A stretch of DNA of 64,000 bases, taken from the NCBI GenBank assembly GCA_963821225.1, contig CAWGCY010000007.1, positions 158,429 through 222,428 of the forward strand, in the 5' to 3' direction. Below, in pieces: positions 49,973 to 59,128 of this stretch. The DNA is from Thermoanaerobaculia bacterium (GTDB taxonomy: Bacteria > Acidobacteriota > Thermoanaerobaculia > UBA5066). The position numbers were made by a program, and so were the translations under genes. The notes under the pieces were generated by a model. That model was not told the origin of the DNA. It ran no database searches and was given only the letters and a program-made list of their open reading frames with translations. How positions within the stretch are numbered: position 1 is the stretch's first letter; each line of letters begins with the position of its first letter.

Positions 49973-50007
49973 AAAAAAGAAGGCCCGGGCGCGTGGCCCG
50001 GGCCTTC
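49973..50007 (-). terminator. Rho-independent terminator after the 1685-aa gene
   Basis: On the minus strand, GAAGGCCCGGGC-loop-GCCCGGGCCTTC (12-bp stem) is followed by TTTTTT. Confidence 0.7.
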
Positions 50008-50028
50008 AAACAGATGCGGTTTCCGAGG

Positions 50029-53000
50029 TCAGGGGGTCGGCTGGGCCTTCACGAACGTGGCGTCGCCCGACATGTTGTCGACGATCGTCGCGTAGCCACC
50101 CACGGTCACGTCGGCGTCGATGTTGTCGACGATGACCGAGAGGCGGCTCAGGTCGCCGGAGAGGCCGCCGAAGAGCGTGTCGTTGCTCACCTGCGAGACG
50201 CCGTCGACGTAGACCGGGAGGTCGCGGAGGTTCGTGCCCTCCTGCGAGTACACGTGGACGTTGACCCACTTGCCGGTCGCGCCCGAGATCGCAAAGAGCG
50301 CGAGATTGGTCCGGTAGGCCTCCGTCGAGACGAGGCCCGTCAGGACGAGGCGCTTGTTCTCGCCCGTCTTCGAAGCGGCATCCGCGTCGGTGAAGCCCGG
50401 CACCTGAAGGCCCACGGGGCCGGCCGGCTGGTCGTTGTACGTGACGCCGAGGACGAGCAGCGGCTCCTGGTTCGGGTCGCCGGCCGCCGGGAAGACGTCG
50501 ATGTACGCGGACTGGTAGGCCGTGGTGTCGGACACGGTGAACCCGAAGCTCTCCAGCCACTTCTTCGGGAAGTCGTCGGCCCAGAGCGTCTCGCCGGGGA
50601 GCAGCGTCACGTCGCTCTGCAGGCCCGCGCGGCTCTTGCAAACGGTCCCCTCGCAGGGAACGAAGGAGTAGGAGATCGACGCCTTTCGGCTCGTGCTGGA
50701 CGGGTTCGTGATGTAGAAGCGGCTCCGCCACACCGTGTTGTTCGCGCCCTGCAGGCGAACGATCCCGGGGATGCGGTACGTGGTCGAGGGCCGGTCGGAC
50801 GCGGTCACGACGATGGGGTCCGTCGAGCGGAGGTCGATGACGGTGGCGTAGGGAAACACCGCGCCGCCGGAGAGCACCGCCACCCTGACGCTGAACGCGT
50901 CGAGCGGGAACGGGAATCCCACGCCGCTCGGCGGGGCCGCGGAGAGCGGGCGTGTGAGCTGCGCGACGCCGTAGGGCGGCACGTCCACGTTCACCTGGCC
51001 GAAGGTGGCGGCGCCGCTTTGATCCAGGAACGTGAGCCGCGCGTGGCTCCAGTCCCTCGTGACGTTCATGAGGCCGATGTTCGTGTAAGCCGTGTCGTCG
51101 TCGCGCAGGCCGACGAGGTACTGCTGCGAGGGGGCGGCCTGGGGCGTCAGGCCGCTCGAGGGCTGCGTCGAGGGGACGGACAGCCCGAACGTGCCCTTCG
51201 TGGGGTCGCCGATGTTGAACGTGCGCGCCGTGAGAACGGGCGGCACGGGGGCGGAGTCGCCGCGCACGAGAAGGGCGCCGGAGCTTCCGAGCGGCTGCCC
51301 GAAAAAGGCCAGGACGTTCGGCGACGAGATGCTCTGCTGCGCGCCGAGGTTGATCGTCCTCCAATCCAGGTTGGCCGGATCGACGGGGCTTCCTCCGTTG
51401 AGGAACGCGAGCGAATACGTCGCCGAACGGGTCGGGTCGGGGTTGAAGATCGTGACGTCGGTCTGCCAGAGCGTGCCCGCGAGCGAGCCCTGCAGGTACG
51501 CCATGCCCGCGACGAACCACTTCGGCGGCTCGGGCGGCGGCAGGACGGTGAAGGTCTGCGACGTCGACCAGCTCGTCGAGCCGATCGTCACGGTGAGAGT
51601 CGTCGTGAACGTGACGGGGCTCGAACCGCTGACGTTGAACGCGTGTGTCGGATTCTTCCCGGTCCCCGTGAAGCCGTCGCCGAAGTCCCACGCGTAGAGG
51701 TTGGCGGTGTCCGTGGCCACGAAGCTCAGGTCCTTCCCGGACTCCACCTGCGTCGACGTGAACGCCGAACCGTCCGCGTAGCGCGCCGTGAAGAGGCCCG
51801 AGGGGGCCGCGACGATGAACCGGTAGGTCTTGCTGCACTGCGAGTTCGCGTTCAATTTGACCGTTGCGTTGAACGTGCCGGCCGACGCGTACGTGTACCA
51901 GATCGGATTGCCGCTCCCGGTGCCGCCGTCTCCGAACGTCCAGTCCGCGCCGGTCATGCCCGTACCGGAAGCCAGGAAGGCGAGATTCTGTCCGGTGGCC
52001 ACTCCGAAGTACTGGATCCCCAGCGCCACGGCGGGCGGGATCGGAATGAAGCCGTTGTCCCGGTCGAGGATCGTGTAGTTCACGTCCAGGCAAGCCGGAG
52101 GCGGACCGGCCGGATTGCTTATCTGGACCGTGGCGGCGCCGCTGGCCTGAGCGCTGGCGCCGTCGGTGGCGGTGCATCCCGCATTGATGGTCGTCGGCGT
52201 GGACGAAGAGGTCTGGTAAGTCGAATTGGTTTGCCCGGGAATGGTGAAGCTCGAGCTCGGCGACCGCCACTGATAAGTGTAGGAGCCCGTCCCGCCCGAC
52301 GCATTGCACGAGAACGTCACGGTCTGGTTGACGAGGGCGGGGTTCGGACTGACCGAGACGTTCACGGAGACACCCCCGGCCGGGGGGCCGCCTCCGCCTC
52401 CGGTGAACGTCGCCGTGGCGCTCCCGCTGCTCTGCGCGGGAATCGGCTGGCTATCCGAGACGAAGCAGTAGGCCTGGAGGTTTCCCGCGGAGGTGGACGT
52501 CGTCGCGTAGGTCCGCTGGGTTGCCCCGGGAACCGTGAATGACAGAGGTGAACGCCACTGGTAGAAATAGGGCGTGAGGCCGCCGGTCACGTTGCACGAA
52601 AACGTCACGTTCTGACCCGCAGTCTGGCTCGTGGGGTTCACCGACACGTTCACGACGAGCGGGACCACGGACACCACGGTCACCGTGAAGGGAGTGATGC
52701 CGGCCGGATCCGGCCAGAACGCAGTCTGGCCGCCCGAGTAGCTCACCCTGATCTTGAGGGCGTAGTTCCCCGCGGTTCCCGGGATCGGAATCGTCGCCGT
52801 CCTGGGCGGCGAGCCGGACGGCGAAGAAGGGTCGCTCATCGCCACCCAGGGCTGGTAGCTGTCCGCGCAGGGAGTAACGCAGAGGCTGTACTCGTAGCTC
52901 CCTATGATCGCCGCGCCGCGCTGCGAGCTGTTCTGCACGGTCAGGCTCTGGTTAATGACCGCCGTGATCGGGCCGGTCGCGCTGCCGTTCACGGTGAAGG

Positions 53001-55086
53001 CCGGCGCGAAGTCGGTGACGGTGTACGTCCCCATCGCGGCCGTGCCGGCGTAGTCCGGCGTGGCGTAGCCGTTCGCGTACGTCGCCGTGAGCCAGTAGTA
53101 GTGCTGGCCCTTTGTATCGAGCGTCGGAACGCACGTCGGTCCCGTACCCGTCGGGCCCGAGCAGAGCCCGGCCACGGTCAGGGCGTTCGGCGCGTCGCCA
53201 AACCACCACTTGAAGCCCGTGGCCGTCGGATAGCCGTCGGAGGCGCTCACGAGAGGCTGGCCGGACAGCACCTGCGTCGTCTGGAGCTTCGCCGCCGGGA
53301 CCTTCCAGTTCAACGTGAACAGCCTCGCGCCCGCGCTGCCAAGAGCGTTATTCGCCTCGAACGCGAACGTAATCGCCTTCGAGGAACCTGTCGCCGGCAC
53401 GGCGACGAAGTCGGGTCCCCCGAACGCGCCGTTCGTCGTGACCGACCTCCAGCAGCCCGCACCGCTATTGGGATCAGTTCCGCCCACCCGATAGTCGCAG
53501 GGGCCGACGACCGTGATCTGGGCCGGCGGGGCCGCAGGGTTCCCGAACGCCCCGTTGTCGGCCGCCTTGATGCGCGGAGACGCGACCGCGCCGTTGTCCT
53601 CGGACGCGGCGCCCGCGTGGAAATCGAAGTCGAAGTTCCATCCGAATCCCGTCAGGGGCTGGTTCACCGGCAACGGGTTGATGGCCGGAGTGATCGTGAC
53701 CCGCTCGCCCAGGAACACGGTGTCGCCGCTGTTGAGCGGAGTGCCCGCCTGGTTCACGGCGCTCATGGCAGCGACTGCGGGCGCGTTCTGAGAGACGCAG
53801 GCCATCGGGATCACGTAGGCCGTCGTCGTCGTGGGCAGGTACGCGTAGACGTTGCTGGTGCCGGCGACCCCGAAGCCCGACATCTGCCCCCGGAGGGCGA
53901 ACCCCGAGCCGCTCACGGGGAAGGAGCCCGGAGGCACGCTCGCCCACCCGGCAGCCGTCGTCGAGTAGAGGAGGAACTGGATCGTCGGCGCCGTGCTCTT
54001 CGCCCACATGAGGACGAAGAGGTCGCCGTTGTTCTCGACGAGCGCGGAGGCCACCCCCACGCTCGCCCACGCTTCGCCCGCCTGCGACGGGACGCGCCAG
54101 ACCGGGCCGGCCGAGACCTTCGCGAGACTGCTCGTGACGTAGAGGAGCCCGTAGCTCGGCGAGTTCTCTCCCGCCTGCGCGTTGAGCTCCACGAGGACCC
54201 AGAGAATCGTCGGATCGGCCGGATCGACGGCCGCGGAGTAAGCCGAGATCGCGCGGCCGCCGAAGTCGACGCTCGTGATCGTCGTCTGCGGAAAAGAGGT
54301 CGTGATGTTTCCGACGGGCCCCGGATTGGACGCGTCGACGACCCGAATGGAGCCGCCGGACTGGTAGAGGATGTAGTTCCCGGCCAGGGACCCGAGGCCT
54401 CCGCCCGGCCAGCCGGTGTTTTCGGAGCTCATGTTCTGCTGCGCGAACGTCGCGGGCAGGGTCGTGACGTCGGCCGCGGCGACCTGAGTCGAAGTGATCT
54501 CGTACGCGATGTACCGGCTCCCGACGTGCTGGACGAGCGTGGAACCTGCCCGTCTCGGGGAGAACGAGCCGCGGTTGAGGAAGCCGTAACCGCTGGCGCC
54601 ACCCACGATCGTGTACCAGCCGTCCCCCGGTCCACCCAGCGATTGCACCCCACGCTGCCCGTCGTCCGAGACGCCTATCGAGTAGACGTCACTCTGCCCG
54701 TCGCCGCCGAGCGTGATGGCGTCCGCGCCGAAGCGGTTGTCACGGTAGTCCAGTGCGGTCGGGTTGACCGGGTTCGAGAGGTCGAGCACCGAGTACCCGT
54801 ACGACTCCTGCATGAGGAGCCGGCGCGGGCCGCCGGCGCCGCTCCGGTAGAGCTCGAGGCTGTTGTTGTATCCGGGACTCAGGTACAAGGTCCGCGGGAC
54901 GCCCGGCGGATTCGGCTCGAACGAAGCGGGCGAGCCCGAAAGCGTGCACTGGGCCTCGAGGCGCGCCGGCAGCCCGGCCAGGAGCCCGAGGAGTGCCGTG
55001 CCCGCCATGGCTGTTGCGGCGCGGCGGAAACGATCGTTGCGGCGAGCGGGGGGCACGGGGGTCACAGGGGTCATCGTGGTCCTCAT
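50029..55086 (-). CDS. Giant exported multidomain surface protein (1685 aa): propeller-like N-terminal region, PKD/Ig-like modules, two tandem C-terminal ~250-aa modules
   Basis: Signal-like N-terminus RRAATAMAGTALLGLLAGLPARLEAQ. LVIVD-like strands are present (YSVLDLSNPVNP, IRVVDASNPGP), as are PKD motifs (WTFGDGGTGSG, WDFGDGFTGTGKNPTHAF). Two Ig-like repeats each contain TFSCN.(S/T)GG..(Y/F).YQWRSP. Confidence 0.85.
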   Translation of the reverse strand: MRTTMTPVTPVPPARRNDRFRRAATAMAGTALLGLLAGLPARLEAQCTLSGSPASFEPNPPGVPRTLYLSPGYNNSLELYRSGAGGPRRLLMQESYGYSVLDLSNPVNPTALDYRDNRFGADAITLGGDGQSDVYSIGVSDDGQRGVQSLGGPGDGWYTIVGGASGYGFLNRGSFSPRRAGSTLVQHVGSRYIAYEITSTQVAAADVTTLPATFAQQNMSSENTGWPGGGLGSLAGNYILYQSGGSIRVVDASNPGPVGNITTSFPQTTITSVDFGGRAISAYSAAVDPADPTILWVLVELNAQAGENSPSYGLLYVTSSLAKVSAGPVWRVPSQAGEAWASVGVASALVENNGDLFVLMWAKSTAPTIQFLLYSTTAAGWASVPPGSFPVSGSGFALRGQMSGFGVAGTSNVYAYLPTTTTAYVIPMACVSQNAPAVAAMSAVNQAGTPLNSGDTVFLGERVTITPAINPLPVNQPLTGFGWNFDFDFHAGAASEDNGAVASPRIKAADNGAFGNPAAPPAQITVVGPCDYRVGGTDPNSGAGCWRSVTTNGAFGGPDFVAVPATGSSKAITFAFEANNALGSAGARLFTLNWKVPAAKLQTTQVLSGQPLVSASDGYPTATGFKWWFGDAPNALTVAGLCSGPTGTGPTCVPTLDTKGQHYYWLTATYANGYATPDYAGTAAMGTYTVTDFAPAFTVNGSATGPITAVINQSLTVQNSSQRGAAIIGSYEYSLCVTPCADSYQPWVAMSDPSSPSGSPPRTATIPIPGTAGNYALKIRVSYSGGQTAFWPDPAGITPFTVTVVSVVPLVVNVSVNPTSQTAGQNVTFSCNVTGGLTPYFYQWRSPLSFTVPGATQRTYATTSTSAGNLQAYCFVSDSQPIPAQSSGSATATFTGGGGGPPAGGVSVNVSVSPNPALVNQTVTFSCNASGGTGSYTYQWRSPSSSFTIPGQTNSTYQTSSSTPTTINAGCTATDGASAQASGAATVQISNPAGPPPACLDVNYTILDRDNGFIPIPPAVALGIQYFGVATGQNLAFLASGTGMTGADWTFGDGGTGSGNPIWYTYASAGTFNATVKLNANSQCSKTYRFIVAAPSGLFTARYADGSAFTSTQVESGKDLSFVATDTANLYAWDFGDGFTGTGKNPTHAFNVSGSSPVTFTTTLTVTIGSTSWSTSQTFTVLPPPEPPKWFVAGMAYLQGSLAGTLWQTDVTIFNPDPTRSATYSLAFLNGGSPVDPANLDWRTINLGAQQSISSPNVLAFFGQPLGSSGALLVRGDSAPVPPVLTARTFNIGDPTKGTFGLSVPSTQPSSGLTPQAAPSQQYLVGLRDDDTAYTNIGLMNVTRDWSHARLTFLDQSGAATFGQVNVDVPPYGVAQLTRPLSAAPPSGVGFPFPLDAFSVRVAVLSGGAVFPYATVIDLRSTDPIVVTASDRPSTTYRIPGIVRLQGANNTVWRSRFYITNPSSTSRKASISYSFVPCEGTVCKSRAGLQSDVTLLPGETLWADDFPKKWLESFGFTVSDTTAYQSAYIDVFPAAGDPNQEPLLVLGVTYNDQPAGPVGLQVPGFTDADAASKTGENKRLVLTGLVSTEAYRTNLALFAISGATGKWVNVHVYSQEGTNLRDLPVYVDGVSQVSNDTLFGGLSGDLSRLSVIVDNIDADVTVGGYATIVDNMSGDATFVKAQPTP
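50032..51522 (-). repeat. Tandem duplicated C-terminal protein module (M1 50785-51522, M2 50032-50784)
   Basis: Both copies begin (V/I)xG(M/I)xxLQGxxxTxW(Q/R)(T/S) ... NP. Both end in (P/G)YAT(V/I)(I/V)D...(T/G)D(P/A)..V. Confidence 0.6.
52105..52656 (-). repeat. Two tandem ~90-aa Ig-like repeats inside the giant gene
   Basis: VNVSVNPTSQTAGQNVTFSCNVTGGLTPYFYQWRSP... versus VNVSVSPNPALVNQTVTFSCNASGGTGSYTYQWRSP... Confidence 0.75.
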
Positions 55087-55134
55087 ATGGGGGCGCGAAT
55101 AACCCTTCCAGGTTGAAGGGGCGATCCGGACCTG

Positions 55135-55163
55135 ATGCTATCTCCGGCTGCTCGCTATGTCCA
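55135..55163 (-). promoter_or_regulatory. Sigma-70-like promoter candidate for the giant gene
   Basis: On the minus strand: TGGACA, 17 nt, TAGCAT, about 50 nt upstream of ATG 55086. Confidence 0.25.
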
Positions 55164-55245
55164 GCCGGTAACGTCGTTTACGGGCAAGGCACGAGGGGCC
55201 GGATCGAAGTGTTTCGGGGGCGGGGCATCTTTCAGGGGTGGGCGG

Positions 55246-55280
55246 AAAAAGAAAAAGGCGGGCGGCCGAAGCCGCCCGCC
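55246..55280 (-). terminator. Strong Rho-independent terminator after the 595-aa gene
   Basis: On the minus strand, GGCGGGCGGC-TTCG-GCCGCCCGCC (perfect 10-bp GC stem) is followed by TTTTTCTTTTT. Confidence 0.8.
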
Positions 55281-55302
55281 CAGGAACACCGGGAAAGAAA
55301 CC

Positions 55303-57090
55303 TTACTTGAGCCTTGGGAGGCCTGCGCTGCGAAGGAAGAACTGGCCGCCCAGTCCGTCAACCTGCGTTCCAATCTCCGGCCTGTTCGGCTGGCACTGGA
55401 ACTGCTCGTTCAGGTTGGCCGCAGCGTGACCGACGCTGATGAACGCGCCGGGAGCGGTGTGCTGCACACCGACCCAGGCCTGGTTGTAGAGACCGTCTGT
55501 CTCGTCGAAGCCGAAGTAGCCGGGTCCGCGGAACGTCATGTCGACCCAGCCGCCCTTGAACGCAGCCGGGTTCCAGCCCGCTCCGGCGGTCGTCGCCGCC
55601 AGCAGGTCGATGCGCTGCGACTCGAGGAAGATGTAGTTCGGGGACTGCGTGCCGGGCTGCTGACCCGACGGGCCGGGCGGAACGCCGACGCCACCGAACA
55701 GGTTCTCGTCGTTGTCGTACGTGAGGATCACGACCTGATGCAGGTCGTCAAAGAGACCGCTGCCGTCGGAACCGGCGTTGCCCGTCTTGGGGGTGGGGTC
55801 CGCCCACTCGCAGAGGTTGACCGCGTCCCAGTCGCCATCGTTTGGACTGAAGTACACGTCGCTACGCCAAACGGTGATCCAGGACTGGAGGCCGTTGGCC
55901 TGGTCGGCCAGGTAGCGGAAGCCGTAACGGTCGCCGAGGGGCTCGCGGCCGTCGCCGGGGAACTGGAATGCCGGGGGAACTCCCGGGTTCGCGCAACCGT
56001 TTGACGTGTTGACCTCGGCGAAGCACGTGCTGGCGAAGTCGACGTACTTGCCGAAGAAGGTCTTCGTCAGCGGGAACGTGAAGCCGAGGCGCACGTCGAA
56101 CTCGATGGCGACAGCCGGGTCGCCCGAGACGTTGCCGCCCTGCGTGGCGGTGTCGACGAAGAACACGTCGCCGATCAGGACGTTCGGCGTGTACGTGACT
56201 GCGCAGGGAGCCGTCGAGGTGCAGGGGAAATCAGGGTAGGCAGCCTGGGTCCAGCCGGTCGTCGCGATCGCGTCCTTGTCGTAGAAATCCCCCTGGTCGG
56301 GGAAGAAGTTCGTGCAGTAGTTCACGACGTCGATCGTGAGGTAGCCGGACAGGGCGCCACCCAGTGGGTTGGTGGCGGACCAGCCGCAAGCCGGGTTGTC
56401 CTTGTCGAGGATGTTCGCGCCCGAGGAGGACGTGAACGACGTGACGTCGCCGGACTCGTCGAGCGAGTTCCAGACGGTGCCGCGGAACGCCGCACCGATG
56501 GCGTCGACCGTGGTGAGGTTGTACTGCGAGATCGACGTGAGGACGTCGGTGCCCAGGACGCCGGCCGCATCGGGGTGCGAGAAGCGGATGAACTGGGTCT
56601 GGCCGAAGCCGACGCTCGGCTTGTAGTTCGCGGTCGGCAGGCCCGGATCAAGCAGGCCGCATGGGTCGATGGGGTACGACTTCGGAGGCGCGCCCTTCGA
56701 ATTCGTGCACGCCGCAAACTGCGCCGGGGGCAGGAGCAGGTCGCACTGCGGGTAGTTCGGGCTCAGCCTGCCGTTCATGATGTCGCGCATCGAGAACGAC
56801 ACGACGTCCTTCCCGGTGAGGGGAAGGTTGAAGTCGATGACGGCCTTTGAATACTTGTTCCAGACCGTGACGTGCGCGATGACGCCAGGGGTGGAGACGT
56901 TGACGATCGACACGAGGGTGTCCGTGCCGCTGGCACCGATGGGCGCGCCCGTGGCACCGTTCAGTGAGACCTTCCAGTACGGTACGAGCAGCGTGGCCGC
57001 CGGCACGTTGTCATACGCGCAGGTGACCGCATAGCCCGTGCCCGCAACCGCGAGCAGCACCAGGGCAACGAGGACGGAAAACTTTTTCAT
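55303..57090 (-). CDS. Secreted Cys-rich 595-aa protein of unknown family
   Basis: ATG 57090 with a consensus SD (AGGAGTAAAA-ATG). Signal peptide MKKFSVLVALVLLAVAGTGYA. The gene has its own promoter-like element and terminator. At least 16 Cys are spread along the chain, and basic residues are few. Confidence 0.8.
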   Translation of the reverse strand: MKKFSVLVALVLLAVAGTGYAVTCAYDNVPAATLLVPYWKVSLNGATGAPIGASGTDTLVSIVNVSTPGVIAHVTVWNKYSKAVIDFNLPLTGKDVVSFSMRDIMNGRLSPNYPQCDLLLPPAQFAACTNSKGAPPKSYPIDPCGLLDPGLPTANYKPSVGFGQTQFIRFSHPDAAGVLGTDVLTSISQYNLTTVDAIGAAFRGTVWNSLDESGDVTSFTSSSGANILDKDNPACGWSATNPLGGALSGYLTIDVVNYCTNFFPDQGDFYDKDAIATTGWTQAAYPDFPCTSTAPCAVTYTPNVLIGDVFFVDTATQGGNVSGDPAVAIEFDVRLGFTFPLTKTFFGKYVDFASTCFAEVNTSNGCANPGVPPAFQFPGDGREPLGDRYGFRYLADQANGLQSWITVWRSDVYFSPNDGDWDAVNLCEWADPTPKTGNAGSDGSGLFDDLHQVVILTYDNDENLFGGVGVPPGPSGQQPGTQSPNYIFLESQRIDLLAATTAGAGWNPAAFKGGWVDMTFRGPGYFGFDETDGLYNQAWVGVQHTAPGAFISVGHAAANLNEQFQCQPNRPEIGTQVDGLGGQFFLRSAGLPRLK

Positions 57091-57289
57091 TTTTACTCCT
57101 ACCGACAATTGCGATGGTTCAGTTAGATCCGAGTGAGTTATTTCAACAGAGTTCTTCGAAAGGGTAATCCTGCCGCGCGCGATATCGAATCACCTCCCGA
57201 AATAAATTTAGAAACCAGATGGCGTCGCCATTGCCATTTCGGCGAAAACAGGCAGATTGAGAGACGAAAGTCTCCGGAACATTAGGGAG

Positions 57290-57318
57290 ACGATAGGCAC
57301 AAAATTCCACCGTGTCAA
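57290..57318 (-). promoter_or_regulatory. Sigma-70-like promoter candidate for the 595-aa gene (predicts a ~190-nt leader)
   Basis: On the minus strand: TTGACA (perfect -35), 17 nt, TATCGT. It lies in an AT-rich intergenic island. Confidence 0.45.
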
Positions 57319-57384
57319 GACCATTCCTCAAAAATATGGTGGAGGGGCATATCTGCAGGGAAAGTGTCCGGGGGCGGCCGGACC

Positions 57385-59103
57385 TCACTTCGAGACGCCG
57401 AGAAACACCCGCAAACCCCCTGCCCGCGTCTCGTCGCCCGTGAGGTACTGGTACATGAGGGCCACGTCCAGATGCCCGTCACCGTCGAAGTCGGCCATCC
57501 GGAGCGCCGTCGGGTGGTTGATGAAGGTCGGCTCCCGGTCGGCCGCCAGCTCCTCGAACTCTCCGTCGGGCATCTGGAAGAAGACCCTCATGCGATGGGT
57601 GCTCTCGTCGCACCACACGACGTCGTCGAGGCCGTCTCCGTTCAGGTCACCGGCGGTGATGGCGGGGGACCCGGCGTCGAACTGCAGCGTCTTCACGATG
57701 CGCTTCGCCGCCATCTTTCCGTCGTCGGCGCGGTAATAGACCGTGATGCCCTGCCCGTCGATCTTCGGCGTCGCGCCGAACGGCGAACGCTTGAACCAGG
57801 CCGCGAACGCCGCGGGCCGGCCGCGGTAGGTGCCCGCGGCCGATCCCATGTGCTGGGCCCAGACCTCCACGGCGCCGACGCCCGCGTAGCGAAACTCCTC
57901 GAGCTTCGGGTCGAACTCGTAGAGATGCGAGGCGCCCATCGTGTACCGGCAGGCCGACGAATAGAACGGCAGTCCGTCTTTCGGGTCCTTCGGCACGACG
58001 AGCGTGATCGCGTAGCCGAAACAGGCCCCTTCGAGGCCCTTGTGCACCTCGCGGAAACGCGCCCCTTCGTTCAGGAACCCCCGGACGTCGTAACCCTTCA
58101 CGTAGTCGCTGCCCTTTTCGGCCCGCGGCTTGCCGCCGGTCAGCAGCGCCTCGGGGTCGTCGGAGATGACGAGGAGGTCCTGCCGGCCGTCGCCGTTCAG
58201 GTCTCCTGCGGCGATCGCACGCGTCGACATCTGCCGCGGAAGACCCCACGTCTCGATCTTGAACGTGCCCCCGCCCTTGTTGATCGCGACGGCTGGTCCG
58301 GCGCCATGTCCCCCGAAGACGATGTCGAGCTTGCCGTCGCCGTCCATGTCCGCGATGGTGGCGGCCCCGTAGGCCGCTTGAACCTTGTCGGCGTTCTCGA
58401 ACGTGAGGTCGGCGAGGCGCCAGCGCCACTTGTCGTCCCCGGTGTCGCTCTTGTCGAGCCGGTAGACCCGGATGAAGTTGCCCGTGAGCCGGGCCGGCGG
58501 CGCGACGATCTGGGGGCGGCCCTGCCCCAGGAGGTCGCCCACGTCGAAGTTCTCGCGCCACATGCCCGAACGCGGCAAGCCCTCGGACATCTCTTCGAAA
58601 TGAAACGTGCCCTTCCAGATCTTCGGCGTCACCACCGCGGCTTCGCTCGCGGGAAGCTCGACGATCGGCTTGAGGTCGTCGGGACCCTGCAAGCCGGCGC
58701 TCCTCGGGTCGGGCTTCGGCCGGTCCGGGGGAGCGAGGACGTAGTACGCCTTCTCGTCCTGGCGCACGATGGGGAGTCCCGGCCCGACCACGACGGCGTT
58801 GAAGAGGCGCCCGTCCTTTTCGTAGTAGAGGATCTGCTTCCTGATCTTCAGGAGCTTTCTCCCGGTCTCGGGATCCACGATCGTCTCGGTCTCGGGCTCG
58901 ACGAACTCTCCTTCCGGCACCGGCGCCGGAGCCTGCAGGCCGAGGAGCTCCTTCGCTCGCTCGACCGAGCGTTCGGTTCGCTTCGCGTCTTCGGCCTTCG
59001 ATTCCGCCGCGGTCTTCGCGGCGGGAGCCGACGGCCCCGAGGACGAGCAGCCGATCGCGCCAGCGAGCACGGCCACCGAAAATACGGAGAGGGACGCTTT
59101 CAC
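57385..59103 (-). CDS. FG-GAP/VCBS repeat lipoprotein (integrin-alpha-like beta-propeller)
   Basis: GTG 59103 preceded by AGGAG. Lipobox-like VLAGAIGCSS. Ca-binding-type repeats DMDGDGKLDIV, GDLNGDGRQDLLV, GDLNGDGLDDVVW and ADFDGDGHLDVAL. Confidence 0.8.
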   Translation of the reverse strand: MKASLSVFSVAVLAGAIGCSSSGPSAPAAKTAAESKAEDAKRTERSVERAKELLGLQAPAPVPEGEFVEPETETIVDPETGRKLLKIRKQILYYEKDGRLFNAVVVGPGLPIVRQDEKAYYVLAPPDRPKPDPRSAGLQGPDDLKPIVELPASEAAVVTPKIWKGTFHFEEMSEGLPRSGMWRENFDVGDLLGQGRPQIVAPPARLTGNFIRVYRLDKSDTGDDKWRWRLADLTFENADKVQAAYGAATIADMDGDGKLDIVFGGHGAGPAVAINKGGGTFKIETWGLPRQMSTRAIAAGDLNGDGRQDLLVISDDPEALLTGGKPRAEKGSDYVKGYDVRGFLNEGARFREVHKGLEGACFGYAITLVVPKDPKDGLPFYSSACRYTMGASHLYEFDPKLEEFRYAGVGAVEVWAQHMGSAAGTYRGRPAAFAAWFKRSPFGATPKIDGQGITVYYRADDGKMAAKRIVKTLQFDAGSPAITAGDLNGDGLDDVVWCDESTHRMRVFFQMPDGEFEELAADREPTFINHPTALRMADFDGDGHLDVALMYQYLTGDETRAGGLRVFLGVSK

Positions 59104-59128
59104 GGAAAACTCCTAGCAGCGCACGGAA

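Noticed and set aside
54940-55086. Possible twin-arginine (Tat) signal on the 1685-aa protein (DRFRRAATAMAG).
   Set aside because: It matches the S/T-R-R-x-F-L-K consensus only partially, and the passenger is very large and multidomain. A Sec-type signal is the simpler reading. It cannot be decided by eye.
55391-55406. Good sigma-54-like match TGGCACTGGAACTGCT on the plus strand.
   Set aside because: It lies inside the 595-aa coding sequence on the antisense strand, with no downstream plus-strand gene, so it is most likely chance. It could only be an antisense promoter.
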